Source: an uncultured Clostridia bacterium
GTDB taxonomy: Bacteria; Bacillota; Clostridia; TANB77; CAG-508
DNA: 64,000 bases
Direction: 5' to 3'
Assembly (NCBI GenBank): GCA_944386175.1
Contig: CALXAB010000001.1
Location: 47,645 to 111,644 of the forward strand
Shown: positions 40,822 to 50,616 of the stretch, one piece after another
Numbering within the stretch: position 1 is the stretch's first letter
Layout: each line of letters starts with the position of its first letter
The notes under the pieces: model-generated
What the model saw: only the letters and a program-made list of their open reading frames with translations
The model's database searches: none
What the model was told of the DNA's origin: nothing
Program-made: the position numbers and the translations under genes

Positions 40822-41004
40822 TTATGTGTTTCCACTTACCACATCTGCAACTACTTTAACTTTCACATCTGAATTTTGATGTTTTTCTCTTCCATATCTT
40901 CCTTTTTTCTCGAAAGTTATAATCTCTGAAAACATATCAAATTCAAGTATTACCTGTCCTGTTTTAGTTGTAGCACTGCCACACATTCCACATGTGTTGG
41001 TCAT
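40822..41004 (-). CDS. Questionable small ORF (60 aa, MTNTCGMCGSATTK...) inside the conserved transporter leader
   Basis: A paralogous sequence at about 58370-58560 is conserved in translation, but that copy has no start codon. It could be a leader or regulatory RNA rather than a protein. Confidence 0.2.
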   Translation of the reverse strand: MTNTCGMCGSATTKTGQVILEFDMFSEIITFEKKGRYGREKHQNSDVKVKVVADVVSGNT

Positions 41005-42679
41005 CTCTGGTTGCAGTAAGTTTTAAATGTTGTTTATCTCCTGTTGCAGTAAAATTGTCTTTACAATTTATTTCTGTTCCGTTTTTACAAATAAACCTTA
41101 TTGTATATGGATTTATTGTACCATTTTCTAATGTTTCCCCAATTATTACTTTCTCTATTATACATTCAAAAATATCTTTATCAAAATTTTTCATTATTTC
41201 CATATCTTTAAATAAACCTTTAAACTTGTTTAATCTATGTTTAATACTTTCATTTCTGTTTGTGTCTTTTAGTAGGTTTTGTATTTTCTGTTCTACTTTT
41301 AATAGTTCTATGTTTAGCTCATCATATTTTAAAGTATATTGTTCTTTATTTATTCTGCCTTCTAAGTTTAGTTCTAATAGATTATTAAGTTTCTTGTTTA
41401 TTTTCTCTTTGTCTTTTTCTAGCTTATTTACTACTGTTTCTGTAGTATTTTCTTTTAAGACATTTTCTATTTTTTCTAAAAAATCTTCTACTACTTTTTT
41501 ATTGTTGTTACAGAGTATTCTATATCCTTGTACAAAACAATCTTCTAGTATTTCTTCTGGTATTGCTTTACAGTATGGGCATTCTTCTTTTCCATGTTTT
41601 GCTCTTTTGATACATTGCCATACTGCTTTTTCATATTTTCTTTTTGAGTTCCAGTTTCTTCTTGTAAGTAAGCTACCACAAAATCCACAATATAATTTAC
41701 TACTAAAAGCATATTTCTTACTATAGTTATTATTTCTTCTTCCTGTTTCTCTTGTTCCTACTCGTTTTATTCTTATTTCTTGTACTCTATCAAATAACTC
41801 TTTACTAATAATTGGCTCATGATGTTCTTTTATATAATGCTTTTCTGCTTCTCCTAAATTGCTTAATCTTTTATGTGATATTGGATCTATTGTAAATGTT
41901 TTTCCCATTAGCACATCTCCAATATATTTTTCATTTTTTAGTATTCCTCTTATTGTTGATTCGTTCCAATTATCATTACCTTTTGGGGATTTAATGCCTT
42001 TTGCTTTTAGTTCTTTTGCTATTGTACTTGAACCTATTCCGTCTACATATCTTTCAAATATATATTTTATAACTTCTGCTTGTTCCTCATTTATAGTTAT
42101 CTGTTTTGTTATTAAATCATAGTTATAACCGTAACAACCATTATAGCCAATTAACTCTCCCCTGTCTTTCTTCATTTTTAGTCCAAGCAATACATGTGAA
42201 GATATGTTCTCACTTTCTTGTTGTGCCATAGCACTTAATACTGTTAGTAGCATTTCTCCTGTTCCTGATAGAGTATTTAGATTTTCTTCTTCAAATAAAA
42301 CTGCAATGTTCTTTTCTTTTAGCATTCTTACATATTTTAAAGTATCTAATGTGTTTCTAGCAAATCTTGATATGGATTTTGTTAAAATCATATCAAATTT
42401 TCCAGACATTCCATCTGTTATCATTTTCATAAAGTCTGTTCTTTTAAAATCTAATGTGCCACTTATAGATTCATCTGCATATATTCCTGCAAATTGCCAT
42501 TCAGATTTGCTATTGATTTTTTCATCATAATACTTTAATTGTGATTGGTAACTATTTAATTGTTCTTTATTTCCTGTACTAACTCTACAATATGCACATA
42601 CTCTTAATCTTTCTTTGATTGTTGTACCTGTTACTCTGTTAATTCTTCCGTTTGTTTTCTCTATGACTTGAATTTCCAT
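40964..42679 (-). CDS. Large serine recombinase (resolvase domain plus recombinase and zinc-ribbon domains), 571 aa
   Basis: Catalytic RVCAYCRVSTG...YQSQ motif near the N-terminus, a C4 zinc ribbon (CGFCGS...C..C) and a coiled-coil C-terminal region. It is 60-70% identical to the recombinase at 48681-50573. Confidence 0.85.
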   Translation of the reverse strand: MEIQVIEKTNGRINRVTGTTIKERLRVCAYCRVSTGNKEQLNSYQSQLKYYDEKINSKSEWQFAGIYADESISGTLDFKRTDFMKMITDGMSGKFDMILTKSISRFARNTLDTLKYVRMLKEKNIAVLFEEENLNTLSGTGEMLLTVLSAMAQQESENISSHVLLGLKMKKDRGELIGYNGCYGYNYDLITKQITINEEQAEVIKYIFERYVDGIGSSTIAKELKAKGIKSPKGNDNWNESTIRGILKNEKYIGDVLMGKTFTIDPISHKRLSNLGEAEKHYIKEHHEPIISKELFDRVQEIRIKRVGTRETGRRNNNYSKKYAFSSKLYCGFCGSLLTRRNWNSKRKYEKAVWQCIKRAKHGKEECPYCKAIPEEILEDCFVQGYRILCNNNKKVVEDFLEKIENVLKENTTETVVNKLEKDKEKINKKLNNLLELNLEGRINKEQYTLKYDELNIELLKVEQKIQNLLKDTNRNESIKHRLNKFKGLFKDMEIMKNFDKDIFECIIEKVIIGETLENGTINPYTIRFICKNGTEINCKDNFTATGDKQHLKLTATRDDQHMWNVWQCYN

Positions 42680-42699
42680 CTTTCCTCCGTTCCGCCTAG

Positions 42700-42770
42700 A
42701 GATAAAACTTAATAATTTTATTTTATAGAAAAGTGCATTTTAATGCATCTTTTCTATAAAACAAGGTTAA
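42700..42770. promoter_or_regulatory. Perfect 13-bp inverted repeat (TTTTATAGAAAAG / CTTTTCTATAAAA) plus two more hairpins in the leader between the small ORF and the recombinase start
   Basis: Seen directly in the sequence. It is absent from the paralogous module at 50574-50617. Confidence 0.35.
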
Positions 42771-42881
42771 TTTACCTATATTTGCCCGAGCTTTAGCTCG
42801 TGGCATTTGAGCCTAGAAATCTTTGATTTCGTTAAGGCTCAATTATCTTATATCATTTTTTAGATAAAAAGTAAATTGTTC

Positions 42882-43058
42882 TTACAAAAGTTTATAATCT
42901 TTTAAGATTTTTCTTTTTATTTCAATATATTCTGAATCTAGTATTAAGTTTTCTCTAAACAAATTATTTAAAAACAATAATTCCATGCTACAGTCTAGCA
43001 TATTATTATCTTTTAGTTGTTTAGAGTTATCTACTTCTATTTTATAATTATGTAGCAT
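42882..43058 (-). CDS. Small conserved protein of 58 aa upstream of a serine recombinase
   Basis: Start taken at MLHNYKIEVDN. It is colinear with the 61-aa paralogues (ML.E.K.DN.K...N.F.C...Y.E.K..IL.EY.L). Confidence 0.45.
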   Translation of the reverse strand: MLHNYKIEVDNSKQLKDNNMLDCSMELLFLNNLFRENLILDSEYIEIKRKILKDYKLL

Positions 43059-43199
43059 GAAATTGCTCCTTTTCTTTAAATTTGAAAAGAAAAAGAACAA
43101 AGAAACTAGAATCTTTCTAATCCCTTTGCTCTTTCTCTTTCATACTACCATTATATTATCGTGTTTTTATATAGTCAATTCCATTTTTATTCCCTCTTT

Positions 43200-43625
43200 T
43201 CTATTTTTGATATAATTCTAGTATCTAATTTTATAAGTACACTAAGTAAACTAAAAATTGTATAATTTTAAATTGCAGTTCACTTGGTGTACTAGAAAAA
43301 TATAACAAAAGTTCACTAAGTGTATTTGTAAATTTTGTTTTATTTTCACATTCACTTAGTGAACTAAATTCAAAAATATTATTCAATATCAAGTACACTT
43401 GGTGAACTTTTTCCCAAAATAAGTGAATTTTTTTAATTTTTTAATTCACCATTTTTAATTTTGAACGAAGAATAGCGGGTTTGAGCCAGTTCACCGAGTG
43501 AATTTTTACATCATATTTGCATAAAATTTTTGTTTTTTTATTAACTCTTGAAGGCTTGTCCTTCAATATGTATAGGCATTTTGTTAAGAATGCTATCCTG
43601 CCCTCATTTTCAATGAGGTATTTTG
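43200..43625. repeat. parS-like palindrome array (GTTCACTTGGTGTAC, GTTCACTAAGTGTAT, TTCACTTAGTGAAC, GTACACTTGGTGAAC, AGTTCACCGAGTGAAT)
   Basis: Same family as the 36380-36890 array. It ends with ...TTAACTCTTGAAGGCTTGTCCTTCAATATGTATAGGC. Confidence 0.75.
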
Positions 43626-43788
43626 CTCTTAAAATGTACTTATTCTACTTAATTAAATATACTTATCCTTAAATCCTCTTAATCGAAAAACAATGTGCTT
43701 TTAAAAATAAGTCAAGGTTGTGCGATAGCACATTTATTTAAACCTTGACTTGTTTTTATAAAGCACATTATACTTTTCTAAAAGGATT

Positions 43789-45240
43789 TTAACTATTTAT
43801 AAAAAATTGAATTATTGCAAATATTCCCATATCTGAAATTGTTTTTATTGCATCTACATTAGCAATAACTTTATAAGGGTGATGAATTACTAAATCTAAA
43901 TAGTTTTTCATTCCTTCATTATTAAAACATGTCTCCCATGCTCTTGAAATAGTATCGTCATCAATAAGATTTTGTTTATCTATTGATATTTTATTTATAA
44001 TCTTCTCTAATCTCAAGTCCAAATTATTATTTGCAGATTTCCATTTTTCCCATTTTCCTTTGTTTATTAAAAAATAGATGCTTGATTGTTCTAATAATGA
44101 GCGGATTAAAAAGCAATATGATATTGGGTAATTTTTATATAAATTTCCAAATGATAAATGCTGAATTTCATAGCATAGATTTTTAATCCCTTTAGCTCTA
44201 TCATTACTATATTTTAGTTTGCTACAATTAATATTTTTAAATAAAATACTATTGTCTTTTCTTGTTAATCTGATTTTATTAAATGCTATACTTTCATTTA
44301 TTTTATTTTTTACTATTTCACTTTCATTGGCATTATTATGTTTTTCTTCTCTACCATTAGAAAATATCTTCATTTGTTCATTTTTATTTTCTAAATTTTC
44401 ATTTATTTTATCTTTGCTGTCAAACCTTTCACTAACATTATTTTCTATATTGCCATACAAATATTTTTCTATATTAGCATTATTTTTTATTGTGTTACTT
44501 GTAATCCTACCACTTACAATATCTTGAACAATTCGTAATACTTTCTTGTCTAATTCATTTATTGAAGACAATGGCATTAAAACATTGTTATTAAAAGAAA
44601 TATTCAGATATTCTTTACCAACTTTTGAAGAAACAATCTTTTCAAACTTATTTACTGAAAAATTATTGTCAACTCCATCAAATGCTTTTTTACAAAATCC
44701 TTGTAATTGTGAAAATATATTTTTTACTCCCATTTTATCTTCAAATCTTTTTATTGAAGCTGTATCCCATTTTAAAGCTCCTGTATCAGTTGTATGTACA
44801 TTTCTTATATATCCAGCACAATCTTCAAATGAAGTGGCCACATAACAAGGAATTTGAAAATATTCTTCTCCTTGAATTCCTGCACTCATTGCATATATGC
44901 TTCTTATTTGTGTATATGAAAAGTATTTAAAAGATTCTACCAATTTAGGATTTTTTAAGATTTTCATTGCTGTTAATCTTCTATTACCATCCCATGCCAC
45001 AAATTTTTCTTTTTTCTCATCATAAGTGACTGTAACTATTGATTGTGGATACCAACCATTTGTGTAAATATCACTAATTAACTTATGCATTGCCTTCGCT
45101 TCTTTAGAATTTCTCACCAATTGTTGCATTATAAAAAGTTCATCCGCTATCATAATTTGTGTATGTCTTGGATTCTCTGGATTTACTAATATTTTTTCTA
45201 TGTCTATTAGTTGATGTTCTCTCATATATAATTCCCCCAT
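43789..45240 (-). CDS. ParB/Srx-superfamily (DUF262-like, DGNRR motif) protein with a long C-terminal extension
   Basis: LVNPENPR and VAWDGNRRLTAM are the ParB N-terminal-domain boxes. A possible His-Me/HNH-like DLVIHHP lies near the C-terminus. Confidence 0.55.
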   Translation of the reverse strand: MGELYMREHQLIDIEKILVNPENPRHTQIMIADELFIMQQLVRNSKEAKAMHKLISDIYTNGWYPQSIVTVTYDEKKEKFVAWDGNRRLTAMKILKNPKLVESFKYFSYTQIRSIYAMSAGIQGEEYFQIPCYVATSFEDCAGYIRNVHTTDTGALKWDTASIKRFEDKMGVKNIFSQLQGFCKKAFDGVDNNFSVNKFEKIVSSKVGKEYLNISFNNNVLMPLSSINELDKKVLRIVQDIVSGRITSNTIKNNANIEKYLYGNIENNVSERFDSKDKINENLENKNEQMKIFSNGREEKHNNANESEIVKNKINESIAFNKIRLTRKDNSILFKNINCSKLKYSNDRAKGIKNLCYEIQHLSFGNLYKNYPISYCFLIRSLLEQSSIYFLINKGKWEKWKSANNNLDLRLEKIINKISIDKQNLIDDDTISRAWETCFNNEGMKNYLDLVIHHPYKVIANVDAIKTISDMGIFAIIQFFINS

Positions 45241-45294
45241 TTTTTACCTTATAAAGTCTTTCGTAAATCCCTCATCATTCTTAAGTATATTATT

Positions 45295-46812
45295 CTATTT
45301 TTTTGCAATATATTTTTGATTTTTAGTATTTGGTTTATCTGGTATAGTCATTTGCAATTTTCCACTATCTAATAATGGTCTCATGTATTTTAAATAGAAA
45401 TTTCTTCTGTCTTTTAATCCTAAATATGCCATTATTTCTTTTGTTGTTTTTGGTTCTCTACAAAATTCTAATATTTTATCTTGATGGGTATCTTGGTGGA
45501 TATCTTGGTGGGTTGTTGGTCGGTCTTTTATCTCATTTTCAAATCTATCATGTATAAATATTGTTGTAATAAAATAATCTCTTGTTTCATTTGTTTCAAA
45601 CTCTGGTTCTTTTGAGCCATTATTTTTCAATGCTCTTTTTATTTTTGGAATACCTGTATTTCTACCTTCTGTTAATTTTAATTCTTTTAAAAACTCTCCA
45701 ATTCTACGATTTCTATATTTTCTTGCTATCATATTTTTATCTTCAATTGATTTTTCGCTTATTGAACGGTCTGGTCCTGGATAACTTACAATATGAATTC
45801 TATCTTCCATTATTCTTACTTCTACTGGTTCCCTTACATCATATCCTCTATGATAAACTGCATTTACTAATGCTTCTTCTATTGCTTGATATGGATAATT
45901 AAAAAATCTTACAGCCTCCGCTTGTCCATCTATCTTTAAAATTTTTTCCATAATAACAGTATTTTTAATATATGTTAAAGCACTTTTTATCATAGTATCA
46001 ATAGGTCCTTTAAATATTTGCTCTGTCATATCATCACCTTCTGGACCGTTTCTTAAATCTACTACTTCTATTTGTGAATATGGAAAGAATTTTTGTGGCT
46101 CATCATTAAAAAACATTAACCCTACATTTAAAGGTTTCATATATTCTGGTGTTCCATCTACTATTCTCATACTTTTACATAAATCTATAAAACTCATTGT
46201 TTCGGATTCTTTTAATAGTTCACTCTTTATCTCATATAAGTAATTTTGAATTAGTGGTAGTTTTAAATCTTGAATTTGTGCCTCATGATTCATTCTATCA
46301 TCGAATGGTATTACTCTTGCCATATCATATAATTCTTTTTGCTCTACTTCTGTAGCTTTTACTGTACTGGACATTTTTCTAATATAATATGAATATCCTT
46401 TTGAAAAATCTTTATCTAGTGTTGTTGGACATTTGTATGGTCTATTCTGACCACCAAAACACCATACTACTAGTATATTTTTACCTTTATATTGAGCAAC
46501 ATCTACAATTGGTGTATAGGCTGGCTGTATCATTTTACATTTTGTTAGCAATTCTTTTTGAATTTTATCTATTTCAGATAATTGTAGCCCTTCAAAATCT
46601 TTCTTAGGTCTACCATTTGCTTCTTCAACACCTATTAAAATATATCCTCCACCCCAGTTATCTATATCATTTGCAAAAGCACAAATTGTATGTAATATTG
46701 GTTCTGGATTCCAGTTTCTCTTTAATTCTAATCTTGCATTTTCTACAATGTTTTCATTTAGTATATTTTCTATACTTGTAGGTAATCTCATCTTCTCACC
46801 TTTCTTTTTCAA
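45295..46812 (-). CDS. COG2865-type Schlafen-like (AlbA_2) ATP-binding / HTH protein
   Basis: An N-terminal AlbA_2/Schlafen-like DNA-binding domain (LELKRNWNPEPILHTICAFANDIDNWGGGYILIGVEE), a central HATPase_c_4-like region and a C-terminal HTH. Confidence 0.55.
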   Translation of the reverse strand: MKKKGEKMRLPTSIENILNENIVENARLELKRNWNPEPILHTICAFANDIDNWGGGYILIGVEEANGRPKKDFEGLQLSEIDKIQKELLTKCKMIQPAYTPIVDVAQYKGKNILVVWCFGGQNRPYKCPTTLDKDFSKGYSYYIRKMSSTVKATEVEQKELYDMARVIPFDDRMNHEAQIQDLKLPLIQNYLYEIKSELLKESETMSFIDLCKSMRIVDGTPEYMKPLNVGLMFFNDEPQKFFPYSQIEVVDLRNGPEGDDMTEQIFKGPIDTMIKSALTYIKNTVIMEKILKIDGQAEAVRFFNYPYQAIEEALVNAVYHRGYDVREPVEVRIMEDRIHIVSYPGPDRSISEKSIEDKNMIARKYRNRRIGEFLKELKLTEGRNTGIPKIKRALKNNGSKEPEFETNETRDYFITTIFIHDRFENEIKDRPTTHQDIHQDTHQDKILEFCREPKTTKEIMAYLGLKDRRNFYLKYMRPLLDSGKLQMTIPDKPNTKNQKYIAKK

Positions 46813-46842
46813 ATGTCCGTTTTTTCGGACTTATAAAATTTT

Positions 46843-47259
46843 TTATTTCATATAATCTCTAATTTTAAATAATAACTCATCATCTAATATCTCTGTTGAG
46901 GCAAAATTATTTAAAGTATTATTATCTTCCCAATCTATATCAAATAAATTTATCACTTTATCATATCTTGGGAAAGCATGATAATGAACAAATGGATCAT
47001 GCATCATCATAATCATATAATTAAACTTTATTGCTCCAAACCTGTCTCTACATAGTTCTTCATACCATTTTATTACTTTTGGAAATTCAGCACCTTCATC
47101 TTGTAACATTCCACTTACATTTTGTGTTTCTCTTTTCAATAAAATAACTACATCTCCTAATGTTGTTTGTTTTTGCCTAACACAAACAATCCAATACTTA
47201 AACTCTTTAATACAAAGTTCCTCTGGTCTAAATTTTTTCATAAATTCTAAATTGTCCAT
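46843..47259 (-). CDS. HIT-like small hydrolase (tentative)
   Basis: 138 aa with DPFVHYHAFP, which resembles the histidine-triad HxHxH motif. Confidence 0.3.
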   Translation of the reverse strand: MDNLEFMKKFRPEELCIKEFKYWIVCVRQKQTTLGDVVILLKRETQNVSGMLQDEGAEFPKVIKWYEELCRDRFGAIKFNYMIMMMHDPFVHYHAFPRYDKVINLFDIDWEDNNTLNNFASTEILDDELLFKIRDYMK

Positions 47260-47282
47260 TGATAAGACCTCCTCTTACATTT

Positions 47283-47920
47283 TTATTTTTTAAACATATC
47301 ATTTAAATTATGTGATATTAATTTTAAATTATCTATATTTTCCCCTTCAATAACATAAGGCGTACAATGTTGTATTTGCAATTCAAATACTCTTTCTCTT
47401 GGTTCAATCTTAAACATATTTAAAAATAAGCACCTTATTGCATGATAATGTGAGAATATTCCTATTGTTATATCATCATTAAAATCTAACGAATCAAGAA
47501 ATCTTTTACATCTTATACTAACATCAGTATAGTTTTCTCCTTTTGGTGCTTTTTGTACGAAATCTGTTCTAAATTTATTAAATTTTTCATCTGTAATATA
47601 TTCATTATATTCATTAGAAGCTAATAAATCCTTCTTTTCCTTCAAATATTCCTAAACATCTTTCTCTTAAATCTTTACTTAAATTTAGTTCATATCCTGG
47701 TTTAGCTAATTTTGCTGTTTGTATTGCTCTCATTAAATCTGAAGAATAAACTTTTTTAATACTTTTAATAATATCATTTTTTGCTAAAATACTTGCTTGA
47801 TTCTTTCCTTATTCTGTTAAACTCGTCAATTCATTATCTAAAGTTCCTGTGTATAAAGCTGTTCCTTCATCATTTATCACGTTTGCCATTGTTTGTCCAT
47901 GTCTAATTATAACTATTCTC
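47283..47920 (-). pseudogene. Histidine phosphatase (phosphoglycerate-mutase-like) gene broken by frameshifts
   Basis: The N-terminus MRIVIIRHGQTMANV (RHG catalytic motif) at 47920 runs into a stop after about 37 codons. Downstream pieces in other frames end with the 120-aa ORF. Confidence 0.55.
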
Positions 47921-47921
47921 A

Positions 47922-48506
47922 TTAATTGTTACCTTCCTTTTTATTCTTTATTGTTTCAATATATTCTTTAACATATGCGTTCATATCTCTATCAAATAGT
48001 TCTTTTGAATATTCTAATCTTAATAGTTCTTCTCTTAAGATTGGCAAATATACTTCTATAATTTCATCTAACGCCTCTGGTTCTTCTTCAATACATCTTT
48101 TCCATCTATTTTTTCCGATATAAGCAATTTTGTCTGCATCTCTTACAATTTTTCCTTCAACTGTTGGAGGAATACATTTTCTCTTATGATTTACTACTGC
48201 TGAATAACATTGTTCTATTATTTCATTACTATAACTTAACTTTTCCATTTCTTCTTTTAGAATTCTTCCGCTTTCTTCTTCATGTCCTTTATCTGTAACA
48301 GACCTTCCAACATCATGCCAATATGCAGCTATAATACATATTTCTTTATTAGCTGGTATCTCTTCTAATAATTCTTTTACATAGTTTACGACATCAATAG
48401 TATGACCTATAAAATGTAGAGGATCATTTTCACATACTTTCATTTTTTCTATAGCTATATCAATTAATTTTTTATTTTTATTATATATTTCTTCGTAAAT
48501 ATCCAT
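47922..48506 (-). CDS. HD-domain phosphohydrolase
   Basis: H...HD signature (IGHTIDVV...AAYWHDVGR). 194 aa. Confidence 0.65.
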   Translation of the reverse strand: MDIYEEIYNKNKKLIDIAIEKMKVCENDPLHFIGHTIDVVNYVKELLEEIPANKEICIIAAYWHDVGRSVTDKGHEEESGRILKEEMEKLSYSNEIIEQCYSAVVNHKRKCIPPTVEGKIVRDADKIAYIGKNRWKRCIEEEPEALDEIIEVYLPILREELLRLEYSKELFDRDMNAYVKEYIETIKNKKEGNN

Positions 48507-48680
48507 TCTATCTAAATTCTCCCTATCTCTATTCTTTTATATTTTGACCATATTTTACCATAAAACAATAAAAAAATAAAGCATATAACAAATTAAATTA
48601 TTACATACTTTACCTTTCAAGTTTTATCTCCAAACATTTTTATTTTTCGTTGACAAATCGTTGACATTATCAACAAGAAA

Positions 48681-50573
48681 TTATACTACTCCGCACACCA
48701 TGTCAACTTCTATCGTTACTTTAATTTTATGATTTTCTGTTCTTTTAACCTTATTTTTGCCTTTTCTATCAAAACTAATAAAATCTTCAAAAGCAGTAAA
48801 TTGGGCTATTGTATCGAATCTTTCAGACATAGCACCGAGCAACACTCCACATGGCTCACACCCAGTCTGTAGATAGTTTTGGCTTACCTCGTATGATGAC
48901 TGTTGCAAACTACCTTGATTTTTATCTTTTTGACATTTGATTTCGTTTCCAGATTTTAGGATAAATGTTATTACTCTTGGATTTACATCTCCATTTTGTT
49001 CTTTTTCTCCTATTATAACTTTTTCTATCATTAATTCAAAAACATCTTTATCAAATGTTGGCATTATTTCATCATCTTTAAATAGACTTTTAAACTTGTT
49101 TAATCCTTGATTTAAACTAATTGAATCTTCTAACTCTAGTTGTAAATGTTCTTGCTCTTTTTCTATTTTGTTTATCTTGTTTTGTAATTTTGCCTTTTTA
49201 TCTTTTAATGTTTCAAGTGTTATTGTTCCATTCAAGTTTAAATCAATTAACTTGTCTATCTTTTCTTTTAAAGTTTGTTTTTCTTCTTCTAATTTTTTAA
49301 TAGAACTTTCATTACTTTCTTCTTGTATGATTTCTTCCATTTGTTTTAAGAATGTTTTGATTAGTTTTTTGTTATTATTACATAAAAGTTTATAACTTTC
49401 TGTAAATGCTTCTTCTATAATGTTTTCTTTCATTGCTTTACAATATGGGCAATTTTCTTTTCCATGTTTTACAAATTCCATACAATGCCATACCGTAATA
49501 CTATTTTTTGTTCCAGAGTGCCAGTTTCTTCTTGTTAATAAACTTCCACAAAAACCACAATATATTCTACTACTAAAAGGATATTTTCTGCTAAAGTTTC
49601 CTTTTCTTCTTCCAGAGCCTCGTACTCCTCCTCGCTTTTGTAATATTTCTTGTGCTTGATTAAACATTCTTTCTGAAATAATTGGTTCATGATGTTCTTG
49701 TATGTAATACTGATTTTCTTCTCCCATATTGACTACTCTTCTATGTGAGATTGGATCTGTTGTATATGTTTTTCCTTGTAAGACATCTCCTTTGTATTTT
49801 TCGTTTTTCAAAATACCTCTTATAGTTGAGTCATGCCATTGTTTCTTTCCTGTTGGTGTTTTATATTTCATAGCAGTTAGTTCTTTTGCAATTGTTGTGC
49901 AACCTACTCCTTGACAGTATCTTTCAAAGATATATCTTACTATTTCTGCTTCTTGATAATTTACTGATATTTTCTTTGTTTCTTTATCATATACATATCC
50001 TAAACATCCATTATATCCAATTAATTCTCCTCTTTTTTGTTTCATCTGTAATCCTAGTTTTACATGAGAAGATATATTTTCGCTCTCCTGCTGTGCCATT
50101 GCACTCATTACTGTTAGCATTACTTCGCCAGATAATTCTAAAGTATTGATGTTTTCTTCTTCAAAATAAATAGTGATTCCTTTTTCCTTTAATAATCTTA
50201 CATACTTTAAAGTATCTACTGTATTTCTTCCAAATCTTGATATTGATTTTGTAATTATCATGTCAAATTTGTTTTCTGTTGCATCTTGCATCATTCTCAT
50301 AAAGTTATCTCTTTTATAGTCAAGTGTTCCTGTTATCCCTTCATCTGCATAAATCCCTACATAAGTCCAATCACTTCTTGATTTTATTTTTTCTTCATAA
50401 TATTTTAGCTGAGAATTATAACTATTTATTTGTTCTTCTTTTTCTGTACTAACTCTTGCATAGGCACATACTCTTAAATTGCCTTTTATAACTTCTCCTG
50501 TTGTTCTATTAATTCTTCCTTTTTTCTTCTCTATTACTTGTACTTTCAAAATTAACCTCTCTTTCTCAAGCAT
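48681..50573 (-). CDS. Large serine recombinase, 630 aa
   Basis: Catalytic RVCAYARVSTEKEEQ...YNSQ motif, a zinc-ribbon CGFCGS...CPYC and a coiled-coil. It is paralogous to 40964-42679. Confidence 0.85.
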   Translation of the reverse strand: MLEKERLILKVQVIEKKKGRINRTTGEVIKGNLRVCAYARVSTEKEEQINSYNSQLKYYEEKIKSRSDWTYVGIYADEGITGTLDYKRDNFMRMMQDATENKFDMIITKSISRFGRNTVDTLKYVRLLKEKGITIYFEEENINTLELSGEVMLTVMSAMAQQESENISSHVKLGLQMKQKRGELIGYNGCLGYVYDKETKKISVNYQEAEIVRYIFERYCQGVGCTTIAKELTAMKYKTPTGKKQWHDSTIRGILKNEKYKGDVLQGKTYTTDPISHRRVVNMGEENQYYIQEHHEPIISERMFNQAQEILQKRGGVRGSGRRKGNFSRKYPFSSRIYCGFCGSLLTRRNWHSGTKNSITVWHCMEFVKHGKENCPYCKAMKENIIEEAFTESYKLLCNNNKKLIKTFLKQMEEIIQEESNESSIKKLEEEKQTLKEKIDKLIDLNLNGTITLETLKDKKAKLQNKINKIEKEQEHLQLELEDSISLNQGLNKFKSLFKDDEIMPTFDKDVFELMIEKVIIGEKEQNGDVNPRVITFILKSGNEIKCQKDKNQGSLQQSSYEVSQNYLQTGCEPCGVLLGAMSERFDTIAQFTAFEDFISFDRKGKNKVKRTENHKIKVTIEVDMVCGVV

Positions 50574-50616
50574 AGAGAATCTTTATGTTTGTATTATATA
50601 TTAAAATCTTATATTT

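Noticed and set aside
40992-41726. 244-aa + strand ORF
   Set aside because: It is antisense to the serine recombinase gene and has a serine/phenylalanine-rich junk composition.
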